A stretch of DNA of 64,000 nt from Octopus sinensis (GCF_006345805.1 NC_043022.1:20770001-20834000); one strand, 5' to 3'. Counted from the stretch's first letter, positions 24,742 through 38,465 are shown. Numbers and translations: made by a program. Notes: generated by a model from the sequence alone, not told the origin.

Positions 24742-24786
24742 CTGAGAATGAGAGCTGTCATCCATAGGAGGTATACTATCAGACAT
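24742..24786 (-). CDS. CCDC30: Candidate first coding exon of CCDC30-like (MSDSIPPMDDSSHSQ)
   Basis: In-frame ATGs at 24786 and 24765, then donor CAG/GTATGT; phase 0 joins the exon at 15116. No homology support for this peptide. Confidence 0.45.
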
Positions 24787-25274
24787 AGTGCTGCTGCTGC
24801 CGCTGCTGTTGTTGCTATTGTTAATGGTGGTTGTATAGTAGTGGTGTTTTTGGAAGTGATGGTTGTGATGGTGGTAGTTGTGGTGGTGGTGGTGGTGGTT
24901 GGGGATGGTGATGTTGGAGATAGGGGTATCCCTGATGGTGGTAATAGTGCTGGCGGATGTAGTAGTGCTGATATTGCAACTTGTGGTAGTGGTGTTTGTT
25001 GTTGTAGTTGGTGTTGCTGTCAGCAGTAGTGGTGATGGTCTTGGTTATGGTGTTATTGTTGTTGTTGCTTGTGATGGCGGTGGTGGTGGTGTTGTTGGTG
25101 CTTGTGGTGGTGGTGGTGGTGATGATGATGTCGTCCGTGGTGTTGGTTTCTTTCATAGAGCCAGAGTGAAAAAGTCTAGGGAAATGGTCGGTCAAGTCCG
25201 TTTCAGGCGATTGTGCACTTGGAACATGGATTGACAACTGACCGATGTGGAACTGGCAGAGAGAATGGACACGG

Positions 25275-25331
<57 letters not shown>

Positions 25332-26339
25332 GATGGGGAAGAGAGATGTAGTGAACAAGCACGCGGGAGACAGAGAAGAAAGATGTAGTGAACACGGGAG
25401 AGAAAGACAGAGAGACAGAGGGAAGGGAAAGCAAAAGAAAAGGAGGGAGAATAAGCGAGGAAGAGGAAGGAGAGAGAGAGTACAGAGAGCGGAAAAGAAA
25501 TACGGGGACGCTGTGGAAAAGAGGAAAGGGAGGAAATGACTGAGTGGGGGAGGGAGAAAAGTGAGAGAGAGGGTACAGTAAGTGAGATACAGAAAGAGAG
25601 AAAGAGGGGGAGATATTACAATTACAGATAGAGAGGGGGTGAAGATGATGGTGCTATAGAGAAGAGGAGCAGGAGAGAGAGAGAGGGAGGAGGAGGCAAA
25701 GAAGAAAAAGAAAGTGTTACTATAGTTAACAACAGTTTGTGAATTGTAAATGAGAAGGGGAGAGGGTGTAATGTAGGTAGAGTGAGGGAGCAAAGACAGA
25801 GAGAGAGAGAGAGAGAGAGGGTGAGTAGAGACAGAGAGGGTGAAAGAATACAGTAGAGAGAGAGGGGGGAATAAGAGAGAGAGACAGGCAGAGATGGTGG
25901 TGTTTGTTGTAGTTGGTGTTTCTGGTGGTGTTCTGGACTATGTTGTTAGTGGTGGTGGTCCTTAGTATTGTTGTTATTGTTGTCGATGGAAATGGTGGTG
26001 CTATAGAGAAGAGAGAAGGGAAACGTGAAAGGAAAGCGTTATTACAGCTAATAACATAAGAACAGTTTGCAAATGAGAGGGAGAGAGAGGTGAGAAAATA
26101 AGGTGTTATGGCAAGTCAGGTGAGAAAATGTTTCCAACAGGAGCGACAAATGGGGGAAAAAGGGATAATGTACACAGTGAGACAGGGAGAAATAGAGAAA
26201 GACAATATAGGGGCGGCTTTAAGGGCAAAGAGAAGAGATATAAAGGGGTATGAAATAAGCGGGTGTCTTAGCGAACTAAAAATAATAAAGGCAACGAAAG
26301 CCAACAGCAAAAAGTCCTTTGGTTAATTGTGTATAAAAT

Positions 26340-26560
26340 GTATATATATTCCCGTTAGCTGTTGTTGCTGTCGCTACCGCCATCGGGTTTCAGACCGGAG
26401 AGTGGTCAACAACCACCGCTTGATCGTCCATCTAACAGCAATGCTCCTCCTGTTTCAACGACCAAAGCATGACTTCCATTTCTTCGTTCCAAAACAAAAC
26501 CAGAAATCGTGTTTTGGGGAGAGCAGCGCCACCTGTTGACCGTCGCTAAGGTGATGGATT
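26340..26560 (-). promoter_or_regulatory. CpG-rich non-repeat island, candidate CCDC30-like promoter or non-coding first exon
   Basis: Locally high CpG; lies ~1.6 kb upstream of the candidate first coding exon; contains a CTCF-like motif at 26524-26539. Confidence 0.35.
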
Positions 26561-26915
26561 AATTTTTATTCATTCGTCCGGTCTACCCAATTCATTCTTT
26601 CGTTCATTCATTCACACGCCTTCCTTCTTTCTCTCTCTCTCTCTCTCTCTCTTCTCTTCTCTTTCTCTCTTATTCCCTTATTCCCTTATTCTCCCTCGTC
26701 AGGTCACCAGACAGTGATGCAACATACTCTTTTACTTGTTTCAGTCATTTGACTGTGGCCATGCTGGAGCACCGCCTTTAGTCGAGCAAATCGACCCCAG
26801 GACTTATTCTATCGGTCTTTTTTTACCGAACCGCTAAGTTACAGGGACGTAAACACACCAGCATCGGTTGTCAAGCGATATTGGGGGGGGGGGACAAACA
26901 GACACACAAACATAT

Positions 26916-26966
<51 letters not shown>

Positions 26967-28716
26967 TACGACGGGCTTCTTTCAGTTTCCGTCTACCAAA
27001 TCCACTCACAAGGCTTTGGTCGGCCCGAGGCTATAGTAGAAGACACTTGCCCAAGGTGCCACGCAGTGGAACTGAACCCGGAACCATGTGGTTGGTAAAC
27101 AAGCTACTAGTACCCAAGCTACTTACCACACAGCCACTCCTGTCCGAAATTAATACTAAACAATTGTTTCTTCTACTTAAGACACAAAGTCTGGAATTTT
27201 ATGGGAGGGTGCTAGTCGATTACATCGACCCCAGGGCTCAAGTGGTACTTATTTTATCGACCCTGAAAGTATGAAAGACGAAGTTGACTTCGGTGGGATT
27301 TGAACTCAGAATGCACAGCTGAAAAGACATGCCGCTAAGTATTTTGCCCGACGTGCTAACCATTCTGCCAGCTCACCCGCCTTGTAACTTACTCCCTCTT
27401 TTGCATGTTTCAGTCATTTGGCTGCAGCCATGCTGGAGCACCGCCTTTAGTCGAACAAATCGACCCCAGGACTTATTCTTTGTAAGCCTAGTACTTACTC
27501 TATCGGTTCCTTTTGCTGAACCGCTAAGCGATGGTGGGGGTACAAACACACACACACACACACACAAACATACATATATATATAGAGAGAGGAGACCCCT
27601 TTCGGTCATGAATGACCATGGGATTGCATCTAGAAAGTTACCCTCCGAGGCACAAGTCCGGGCAAGGTTGTTTGTGGAAGGGAAAAGCAAAGGCCGATAC
27701 AGCTTGGCACCAGTGATGTCGCAGCTCATTTCTACAGCTGAGTTAACATATATATATATTTGTTTCAGTCATTTGACTGCAGCCATGCTGGAGCACCACC
27801 CTGAAGGGTTTTAGTCGAACAAATCGACCCCAGCATCTACTTTTAAACCCTGGTATTTTATTCTACCTGTTGTTTTTGCCAAACCGCCACTAATATTTTT
27901 TCCGAATTTTGGCACAAGGCCAGCAATTTTGAGAGGAACGGTTACAAATACGTCTGCGGGTGGAGCAGATTATAATTATATCGGAATTCATGGTGAAATA
28001 TCTTTTCGGAGACAGGTGGAGAGTGGAATTCCAGATAATTCATAGGGTCCGACTTCGTTTCCCTCATATTTTGAAAAATAGGCGTTTTTCAATGAAATTT
28101 TCTACAGGCGTAGGAGTGGCTGTGTGGTAAGTAGCTTGCTTACCAACCACATGGTTCCGGGTTCAGTCCCACTGCGTGGCATCTTGGGCAAGTGTCTTCT
28201 ACTATAGCCTCAGGCCGACCAAAGCCTTGTGAGTGGATTTGGTAGAGAGAAACTGAAAGAAGCCCGTCGTATGTATGTGTGTGTGTATATGTTTGTGTGT
28301 CTGAGTTTGCCCCCCCTCCCACATCTCTGTGTTTGTCCCCCCCCCATCATCGCTTGACAACCGATGCTGGTGTGTTTACGTCCCCGTCACTTAGCGGTTC
28401 GGCAAAAGAAGACCGATAGAATAAGTACTGGGCTTACAAAGAATAAGTCCCGGGGTCGATTTGCTCGACTAAAGGCGGTGCTCCAGCATGGCCGCAGTCA
28501 AATGACTGAAACAAGTAAAAGGGTAATTAAAACTTCACGTTTTGGCACACACATATAAAAAGAGAGAGAGAGACGTCGGAGAGAGGCGGACGTCGGACTT
28601 AGGAAGCACCAAGTTGGAATTTCTCCGTTTTGACGGGGATTTTTCAGATTTAATTTTCACGGTTCCCCTTGGAAATCTCTGGACTATCGTTGTATCAAAA
28701 AAAATTGCGTAGTGCC

Positions 28717-28950
28717 TATTTCTTTACTACCCACAAGGGGCTAAACACAGAGAGGACAAACAAGGACAGACACACGGATTAAGTCGATTATATCGACCCC
28801 AGTGCGTAACTGGTACTTGTTTAATCGACCCCGAAAGGATGAAAGGCAAAGTCAACCACGGCGGAATTTGAACTCAGAACGTAACGGCAGACGAAATACG
28901 GCTACGCATTTCGCCCGGCGTGCTAACGTTTCTGCCAGCTCACTGCCTTC
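28717..28950 (-). mobile_element. SINE family B with a 12-bp target-site duplication
   Basis: TTGCGTAGTGCC at 28705-28716 and 28951-28962. Confidence 0.9.
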
Positions 28951-29166
28951 TTGCGTAGTGCCACCCCACCATCACCACCACTAAAAAGAAAAATCAGTCC
29001 AGAGAGGAAATGTGGTGGCGGTGGTGTGCGGGGCGACAACATTTTTCGCAGATTTTTTTTTTCAGAATATTTCCAAGGACACCGTGAAAAAACAAAATCT
29101 GAAAAATCCGTCAAAGTCCGATTTTTTTCCTCTGTCTTCCCTTCTCGGGATTTTTCCTTCTCCTAT

Positions 29167-29201
29167 GTTTCCGACGAAGAGCTCCGCTCGAAACGTTAAG
29201 C
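29167..29201 (+). ncRNA. Minimal hammerhead-like motif, second copy of the 12248 family
   Basis: GTTT-CCGACGA-A-GAGC(TCC)GCTC-GAA-ACGT-T-AAGC. Confidence 0.58.
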
Positions 29202-29298
29202 CCTCCTTCTCCCCTTCTTTCCTGAGCGTCCAATAATACTATATTTGTTCCACGTCCTCGCGTTGTTGTGTTTTTTTTTTGTGTTTTCTTGTTTGGAT

Positions 29299-29337
<39 letters not shown>

Positions 29338-30154
29338 AAATAAGGTTGTAGCGGCGATCGTGCATCCTAGCACGCGTTTTAAGAAGGGAAGACGGAAACT
29401 GAAAGAAGCACGTTTCGTGTTTGTGTGTGTGTGTGCCTTTGTGTCTTGGTTCGTCTCCACACCGCCATCGCTTGATAATCGATGTTGCTGTGTTTACATA
29501 TCCGTAACTGAGCGGTTCGGCAAAGGATACCGATAGAATAAGTACTAGGCTTATTGTGGGAGGGGAGATAACTGCACGCTAATCCCCCTCCTGCCAAAGT
29601 TATCGTATCTCCGTACTGTAAAAGCCAAATATAAATACACACAGATTAAAGTTATCAACAGGATATTTCGTCGCTAATCCCCCCACAAAATATCTTGGTC
29701 AAGTATATGAAAAAATCCGGGGCGTTGTTTTATGGCCATTTTTTCCCTTTTTTCCTTCTTCATTCAAAAGGGCGGTGCTCCAGCATGGCCACAGTCAAAT
29801 GACTGAAACGTCTGCCATTCTGTAAACACTTTCTTTATACGACATAAGAATTAAGTTAAGAAGAAAATGAGATTATATCACTACTTACCTTATATGCGTC
29901 GGCATAATCCCATCAATTATAATTTTACATACTATTTTTCCATGTCCCACACAAGACACAAATAAACAAATATGAAGGTTAGTTTGGACAAGGCAGTGGT
30001 TTTAAGTCAAGGGCCCAGGAGTAGGGACCCAATTTTAATCTATGTATGCAGTGGCTTGCTGTCAATAAACGAATAGAGCTCAAATGAATTGTTTCGCCCA
30101 TGGGCTTATAATACAATTAATACGGCCTTGGGACAAGGTACTGCTGGGACAAAC

Positions 30155-30541
30155 GGTACTATTAGCGAACAGTGGTCCCGGTGCGCGCACTCGTGCATCC
30201 GAGCTAGCTAGTCGTAAGTAGTCGATCCTACAACGACTTTTTAACCCTAACCCTAAACTTAATTTTTTAACCTTAATCCTAAACTTAATTTTTTAACCTT
30301 AATCCTAAACCTAATTTTTTAACCTTAGTCCTAAACCTAATTTTTTAACCTTAATCCTAAACCTAACCCTAACCCTAACCTTAGTTTGTTTATAAACATA
30401 ATTTATTTACTTAGTTTAAAAAATTATTTACTTTGCGTTTTATTTACTTTGTTCGAAAAATATTATTTAATTTTCTTTGATATGCATTCAGCCTAGCTAG
30501 CGCGAGTGCGCGCACCGGGACCACTGTTCGCTAGTTGTACC
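30155..30541. mobile_element. MITE with ~39-bp TIRs, 8-bp TSD and telomere-like internal repeats
   Basis: TIR GGTACTATTAGCGAACAGTGGTCCCGGTGCGCGCACTCG (2 mismatches); TSD GGACAAAC; internal (AACCCT)n and a ~30-bp tandem. Confidence 0.9.
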
Positions 30542-31322
30542 GGACAAACTGTTGTTATATGATAGAGAGAGTGGTTGGGGGAACAGGAATATTTATAGCC
30601 TGATTATACTTTTCATCGATTAAAAATATTCTTTTCTACATTTTAAATGACTGAAATTGTCGTTATATAGACACTGCCTACAAAATCCTACAATTTTTTC
30701 TCACACAATAGTTTGTAGTGTTTGATTTCATTGAATAATGAAAGGTATGAAGAGAGAGAAGCGTAGACATTTTTTTTTTTTACGATTTCCAAATGTTTCA
30801 GAATGTGGTATATAATGAAATGTCTAAAAATAACGGGTAAATTTTTTTTTGTTAACGACGGTGGTTGCTGTTTTAGGGGCCGAGGAACAACGTTTCAAAT
30901 ATATGGATTTTAAAAAAATATGTGTTTCAGAATATGGTGTATGATAACGTGAAGGGCAGACATTTAAAAATTATGGATTTAATTTTTTCCCGCCTTTTTA
31001 GGAAAAAACTCCTTCCCCGCATTTAAAAACATCTATTTTTCTGAAAGTTAATGAAGAAGAAAAATTATTGGAGGGTTACACTTGTGTAGAGATACAAAAT
31101 TTTAATTCAAAACTAAAAATAAAAAATGTTTATTTGAGAACATTCCAGCTTCTGCCCCAAACAGAGGGTAGTTGAAATGAAATGGCTTCACTGTGTTGTA
31201 TTAAAATATCTGTACACATTCATGATAAGCACTCATAGTATATATATCAAGGCATACATATATGCTTAAGCCGATGAATAAAATTACATACATAAATAGT
31301 TTAATGATCAGATAATTTTAAC

Positions 31323-31364
<42 letters not shown>

Positions 31365-33038
31365 GAGCAAAAAAAATGTAGGGGATCAAAAGATGGTATT
31401 TATCAACTTTCAGACATAATGTTTTTATGTCTAAATAAAAAAAAATCGTTTTTTATTTCGTATATTTTCATTTCTCTTGCTTATTTTCACACTTTGTTAT
31501 TTTGCTGAATTTTTTCTTGAGAACACATTCTTCGTGGTAAATGGCGAGTTTGACGTCTATTTCTAGCATACAGGCTGTCCACTATTAGTGGTCATTCCTC
31601 TAAATTTTGTATGTATAAAATTTTTAATCTTCGGATTTTTTTTTTAAATATGCTAGGCCACTGGTTTTAATTGATTAATATCAATTTCTACCCTTTATTT
31701 AATTTTAAATTTTATATATATATTCGTTGCCAATTCAATATTCTTTTCTACTCTAGGCACAAGGCCCGAAATTTTGGGGGGAGGGGGCCAATCAATTAGA
31801 TCGACGCCAGTGGGCAAATGGTACTTAATTTATCGACCCCGAAAGGATCAAAGGTAAAGTCGACCTTCTAATTTGAAATTAGAACGTAAAGACAAACGAA
31901 ATACTGCTAAGCATTTCGCCCGGCGTGCTAACGTTTCTGCCAAGAGCAGAAAAAGATATTATTTCATCTAAAAGGCCGGGTCAAATGCTCAGTAGCATTT
32001 CGTCTGTCTTTATGTTCTGAGTTCAAATTTCTCCGAGGTCGACTATACCTTTCATCCTTTCGGGGTCGGTAAATTAAGTACCAGTTGCGTACTGAGGTAG
32101 ATCCAATGGACTGGCCACCTCCCCCAGAATTTCGGGGCTTTGTGCCCAAAGTAAAGGGTAAAGACCCCCTTCGGTCAGGCACTGACCATGGGTTTGCACC
32201 TAGAGGGATACCCTCTGAGGCACAAGTCTGGGCAAGGTTGTTTTATGGAAGACCAGCAGTCGCCCATGCATACCGGCCTCCCCTCTCCACGTCACCGATG
32301 TTGTCCAAGGGAAAGGCAAAGGTCGATACAGCTTGGCACCTGTGACGTCGCAACTCATTTATACAGCTGAGTGAACTGGAGCAACATGAAATAAAGTGCC
32401 TTGCTCAAGAACACAACACGCAGCCCGGTCCGGGATTCGAGCTCACAACCTCACGATCGTAAGCTCGACGCTCTAACCACTGAGCCATGCGCCTTCAGTA
32501 GAAAAGGAATAATCGTTTCCTCTAAAGTCAGCACATGGTCGAAGGGATACAACTCTGACAGTGTTTGAGTGGAGTGAGGCGTTGACTGATGTTTCAAGCA
32601 GTTAGAACGGCAACGATGCGGCTCCGTCATTAATATTATTCTATTACTGGGTTGTAGTTTTTAAAACTTATTCTTATTTACCACCTGTTGGTTAAAACTC
32701 AAGCCGTTTCTGAAAGTAATTAATTATGCGAAGGACCTTTAATTCATGTAACCGGTCTGATTTACAAGAGGGAAAAGTTGTTATCTACACCGCCACACTT
32801 CTGTGTTAATAACTTTAATTAGTTCAATTATATATATAAATAAAATATAAATATATACATATATGTACATACCTACATATATGCGTATATATACATGCAT
32901 ATAAAAAAACGTTAAACCGTTTTTTGATGTCCTGTACCCATATATGCATATATACATATATATAATATATATTACTCTACCACTGGTATTTGAGTACTCT
33001 TTTTTCCACCTTGTTTCACATTTATGTGTTTACTCCGG

Positions 33039-33039
<1 letters not shown>

Positions 33040-33085
<46 letters not shown>

Positions 33086-33225
33086 AATGGTAAAAAGTGA
33101 AAAAACTACAGAAGGCTTGTTTTAAAAGGTTAAAAAATATATATTTGAGTCAATATGTCTGAAGAAACCAACTTTCACAAACCAAACTTTCTCATCTCTA
33201 TATATATATATATATATTTATATAT

Positions 33226-33270
<45 letters not shown>

Positions 33271-33460
33271 TATTTATATATTTATTATATATATATATTT
33301 TATATATATATATATTTATTATATTATATATATATATTTTATATAATATATATATTTTATATAATATATATATTTATATATATATTTATATATTTATATT
33401 ATATATATATAATATATTTATATATATATATTATATATATATATATAATTTATATATTTA

Positions 33461-33498
<38 letters not shown>

Positions 33499-33608
33499 AT
33501 ATTAATATATATATATATCTATATATTTATATATATATATATTTATTATATATATATATTATATATAATATATAATATATATTTTATATATATATATATT
33601 ATTATTAT

Positions 33609-33642
<34 letters not shown>

Positions 33643-33695
33643 TATATATATATATATTTATTATATATATATATTATATATATATATATATTATT

Positions 33696-33737
<42 letters not shown>

Positions 33738-33796
33738 TATTATATATATATATATATATATATATTTATTATATATATATATATATATATATTTAT

Positions 33797-33876
<80 letters not shown>

Positions 33877-33885
33877 TATTATATG
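33040..33885. repeat. Long interrupted (TA)n tract
   Basis: Direct reading. Confidence 0.95.
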
Positions 33886-33941
33886 ATCGAACGCCACGCA
33901 TCCTTTTCTAAGTCAATTATATATATCATGTTTAGTATTTA

Positions 33942-34339
33942 CTAGCAAGTATAGTCCAGCATTGCTCGGGTTTGTTTTCTTTTCGACCCTTTAGAATTGG
34001 AATTTTTGAAAAGTAAAAAATGTTGCATTATGTAGCTTGTTATTCTCTTTAAGTGAACATTTTTCTGCTTGAAATACACCGAAAAATAGCGACACAGCAG
34101 TCAAAAAATTGTAAAAATAGGGATTTTCATAGAAAAAAAAGCAACTTTTTGATGTAAATAATTTTTGGTGTTAACATGGTCCGATTTGAATTTTTTCTTC
34201 TACAGAAGGAAGAGCAAGCCTTCTTCTATCATACTCTCAATTTTGGTCAACTTGTGCGGCAGGGTCTCGGAGGAGATAGTGTTAGTTGAAGGCTACCAAA
34301 CCTGCCATACACAGACATCTTCAGCTTTATATATAGAGA
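33942..34339 (-). mobile_element. Non-autonomous Helitron (TC...hairpin...CTAG)
   Basis: Reverse complement of the 59485-59861 family termini. Partial copy at ~36786-36970. Confidence 0.7.
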
Positions 34340-34406
34340 TTTTCATATTAAGGTGAACGTAGCGACGAGGACAATCTAGTCACACTGGGAACTGGAGTTT
34401 CGCTTT

Positions 34407-34983
34407 GGATACTACTTAAGAAGAGCGGTCCCGATGCGCGCACTCGCGTCCTCGCGCATCCGCGCTAGCTAGTCGTGACTAGTCGATCCTACAACGACTA
34501 CCTAGCAAAGTAAATAAAACACAAAATAAATAATTGGCGATCTTTCGTCTCTAGTAGACCTTTCCGTCGATTTCGGTAAAATTTTTTTTTTTTACATATG
34601 GGCTTGCGGGAACTTTTGAAGTAATATACATACATATACACATACACCGAGTAAAAAATTTCAGTTATCTCTCTCTTTCACACATTACTCTGTCTCTTCA
34701 CACACACTAACAGAAGCACTTCACTTACACAACATACTGTCTGTCTCCCACACCCCATCAAACACACACACACACATATACATCAATGCTTCACATGCAC
34801 GGTAACTTCAAAAGAATTTCCCTCGTCATACAATCGCTTTCTCTTAGTCTCTTTCGCTCTCATTACTTCAACAGTTCCCGCAAGCCCATATGTAAAAAAA
34901 AAAAAAAAATTTTACGGAATTCGACGGAAAGGTCTACTAGAGACGAAAGATTGCCAAATAATTTTCTGTTCGCTAGTAGTACC
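34407..34983. mobile_element. Degenerate copy of the 30155 MITE family, host to a nested MITE
   Basis: Left GGTCCCGATGCGCGCACTCG...GCTAGCTAGTCG; right CTGTTCGCTAGTAGTACC. Confidence 0.7.
34536..34955. mobile_element. 420-bp MITE with ~95-bp TIRs and 8-bp TSD (Mutator-like by long TIR and GG termini)
   Basis: GGCGATCTTTCGTCTCTAGTAGACC.../...GGTCTACTAGAGACGAAAGATTGCC; TSD AAATAATT. Confidence 0.9.
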
Positions 34984-35679
34984 TATTTCTTTACTACCCA
35001 CGAGGGTAGTAAAAGAGGGGACACAGAGGGGACAAACAAGGACAGACATAGGTATTAAGTCGATTACATCGACTCCAGTGCATAACTGGTACTTAATTTA
35101 TCGACCCCGAAAGGATGAAAAGCAAAGTCGACCTCGGCGGAATTTGAACTCAGAACGTAACGACAGACGAAATACCGCAAAGCATTTCGCCCGGCGTGCT
35201 AACGGTTCTGCCAGCTCGCCGCTACTAGTACCACATACCGGCAACAGTGTGACCCCAATCCATCGATTTTATTTCCTCATAACTTCCAGAAAAGGTGGAT
35301 ATTTTGTAATGAAACTTTCTCCAAGTACGCTTCACGTGGTATAGATTCCGATCATATCGGAATTTGTGGTGGATAAAAATTTCCGCGGGTGAGGAAAAGA
35401 GTTCTGGAAAATTCACGTGAGTCGGGTTTGCTTCCCTTATAAATTTCAGAAGAAAATGGGTAATTTTTTGAATGAAATGTTCTACACCTTTCAAAGTGTG
35501 TAGCTTACGATTATATCGGAATTTAATATGCAAAGAAAAATGGTGAGTACTCACACATACATACACACTGACATCAGAATCTTCTTTCGGAATTTCAAGT
35601 TTCCTTTTGTATATGTTTGTGATCTGTTTCGGCATATAAGCACATATAATTTATTAGGGCGATCGCCTTTATTATTTAT

Positions 35680-36170
35680 ACTCATTTACTCTCTCTCTAT
35701 ACATATATCTTTATCTCTCCCTCTCTATCTATCTTTTTCTCTCCCTCTCTATCTATCTTTATCTCTCTCTCTATCTATCTTTATCTCTCTCTCTCTATCT
35801 ATATCTATCTATCTTTCTCTCTCCCTCCTCTCTCCGTATATCGCTCCTATATCTCCCCCTTCTCTCGCTCTCTATCTATCTATCTTTCTCCCTCCCTTTC
35901 TCGCTCTCTCCGTATATCTCCCCCCTCACTCTCTATCTATCTTTTTCCCTCCCTCCCTCCTCTTCATATATCTCTCCTATTTCCCCCATCTCTCTCTTTC
36001 TCCGTATATATCTCCTCTCTCTCTCTATCTATCTTTCTCTCTCCCTCCTCTCTCCGTATATCTTTCCTATAACTTCCCCTCCTCTCTCTCTGTATCTATC
36101 TTTCTCCCTCCCTCCCTTTCTCTTTCCCTCCTCTCTTTTCATATATCTCCTACTCTCTCTCTCTCTCTCC
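35680..36170. repeat. (CT)n/(TCTA)n polypyrimidine tract
   Basis: Direct reading. Confidence 0.9.
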
Positions 36171-37148
36171 AGTAAAAGTGAAGCAATACGCGAATAATCG
36201 TCAGTGAAATGAAAATAAATTATTCTTGATTTAAACATGTCACGAGTTATTTCCCTTAGACCGTAACAAGATTTGATTTCTCGCTTCAAATGTCAGAGTT
36301 TTTGACTCTTTTACTTGTTTCAGTCATTTGACTGTGGCCATGCTGGAGCAACGCCTTTAGTCGAGCAAATCGACCTCAGGACTTATTCTTTGTAAGCCTA
36401 GTACTTACTCTATCGGTCTTCTTTTGCCGATTTGTTTTAATTCTTTCCATCCGTTATTTAAATTAATTCGACGAATATTTTAATTATAATGTTTTATGGG
36501 GGGTGGGGGAGTAATTTGTGAGCTTATTCTTCTTCTACAACTTTTTGTTTATCGTTTTTGAAATTTGAATAAGTTTTACCCCTTTTCAGATATAATGACA
36601 ATAGAGTAAATGGGGGGAGGGGGGATAAAACGAACGAATTTATCTGACAACCTACGACTGCAAAAAATTTGATGAATTTTATACGAGTTATTTCCCTTTA
36701 ACTATAAACCTATTCGCTTGGCTTCGTAAATTATTGCGCGCGAAAACAGGCGCACACATACACACACTAAGCTCTGTATACAATAACTAGCAGTATCGCC
36801 CGATGTTGCTCGGGTTTGTTTCGACCCTTTAGAATTGGAATTTTTGAAAAGTAAAAATTTTCCATTATGTAGCTTGTTATTCTCTTTAAGTGAACATTTT
36901 TCTGGTTGAAATACACCGAAAAATGGCGATACAGCAATCAAAAAATCGTAAAAAATAGGGATTTTCATAGAAAAAAAAGCACCCACTACACTCATGGAGT
37001 GGTTGGCGTTAGGAAGGGCATCCAGCTGTAGAAACACTGCCAGATCAGACAGAAGCCTGGTGCAGCCCCCTGGCTTCCCAGACCCCGGTCGAACCATCCA
37101 ACCCATGCTAGCATGGAAAACAGACGTTAAACGATGAGGAGGAGGAGG

Positions 37149-38465
37149 AATCCCAAGACACTGAGCCTTAAGAAGGAGATGGCAAAAGAGAGAGATACCC
37201 AGCCCCTTGTTGTTCTTAAGAAGGCCCATCCACCGCAGCAGAATTGATACTATTGCTGGTGCCTTATAAAATGCACGGGTGCTCATGCCACAAGCACGGG
37301 TGCTTTTTACATGCTCTGACCCTCCACAAAGTCCTATCAGAAGCAACTGTTATTAGACTTTTCTGCTGGATTCCTAAGCGTAACCAATGGATGTTATCTA
37401 ACCATCTTGTACTTATTTTCGTCAGTTTCTTTTTGTTTAAAAAGGTTGTCAAATGGTGGTGGAGCACAAACACATACAAATATATATATAAGTGGAGGCA
37501 CATGGCCTAGTGGTTAGAGCAGCGGACTCGCAGTCGAGGGATCGTGGGTTCGAATCTCAGACCGGGCGATGTGTGTGTTTATAAGCGAAACACCTAAGCT
37601 CCACGTAGCTCCGGCAGAAGGTAATGGCAAACTTCTGCTGAATCTTTCGCCAAAACTTTTTCTCACTCTTTCCTCCTGCATCTTGCATCTCACCTGTGAC
37701 TGACAAGTGTCCAGGTGGGGAACCTATACACCACAGAAACTGGGAAACCAGCCCTATGAGCCATGCATGGATTGAGAAGGAACAAACAACAATATATATA
37801 TATAAAACAATCCCAAGACACTGAGTCTTAAGGAGATGGCAAAGGACAGAGATACTTGACCCCTTGTTGTTTTTAAGAAGGCCCATCCACCGCAGCAGAA
37901 TTGATACTATTGCTGGTGCCTTATAAAATGCACGGGTGCTCATGCCACAAGCACGGGTGCCTTTTACATACTCTGACCCTCCACAAATCAGAAGCAACTG
38001 CTAATAGACTTTTCGGTTTGAACGGCAGCTTTTTCTAGCGGTGTCATATGAAATTGTCACCCATAATTATGACTCTAGAATCGATCTATTGCATTTCAAT
38101 CTCTTTTAGGGTTAGGGGAAGGGTATCTTTTTTTTCTTCACAAATGTAAATAAACCCAATCTATTTCTTAAACGAGGGACATATTCATATGGCACAGAAT
38201 GCTTTTTACCTCAATGGACGTCATTGATTGGTTGAAATTGAAGAAAAAAACAACAAATATCTTACAAACTATAGAATTTTCTCAATAAAGCCAAGAGAAA
38301 AAGATGTTTTATAAATACATTCTACCAGTATACGAAGTTTAAAATTTTTAGTTACCTAGAAATTATGTTAAAAACTGCCTTTCAAACTGAAAAGATCCGA
38401 CTTTTCTGCTGGATTCCTAAATGTAACCAATGGAGACTATGGATGTTATCCAACCATCTTGTTCT
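37149..38465 (+). repeat. Diverged local duplication (37149-37415 and 37809-38465); the second copy is interrupted by a MITE
   Basis: AATCCCAAGACACTGAG...GGATTCCTAA...CCAATGG shared between the copies. Confidence 0.85.
38015..38398. mobile_element. MITE, TIR (GGATCTTTTC)GGTTTGAACGGCAG, 8-bp TSD GACTTTTC
   Basis: TSD at 38007-38014 and 38399-38406. Empty site at 37356-37363. Confidence 0.85.

Noticed and set aside
37495-37570. tRNA gene
   Set aside because: A and B boxes are present, but the sequence continues into the family D SINE body; it is a SINE head.
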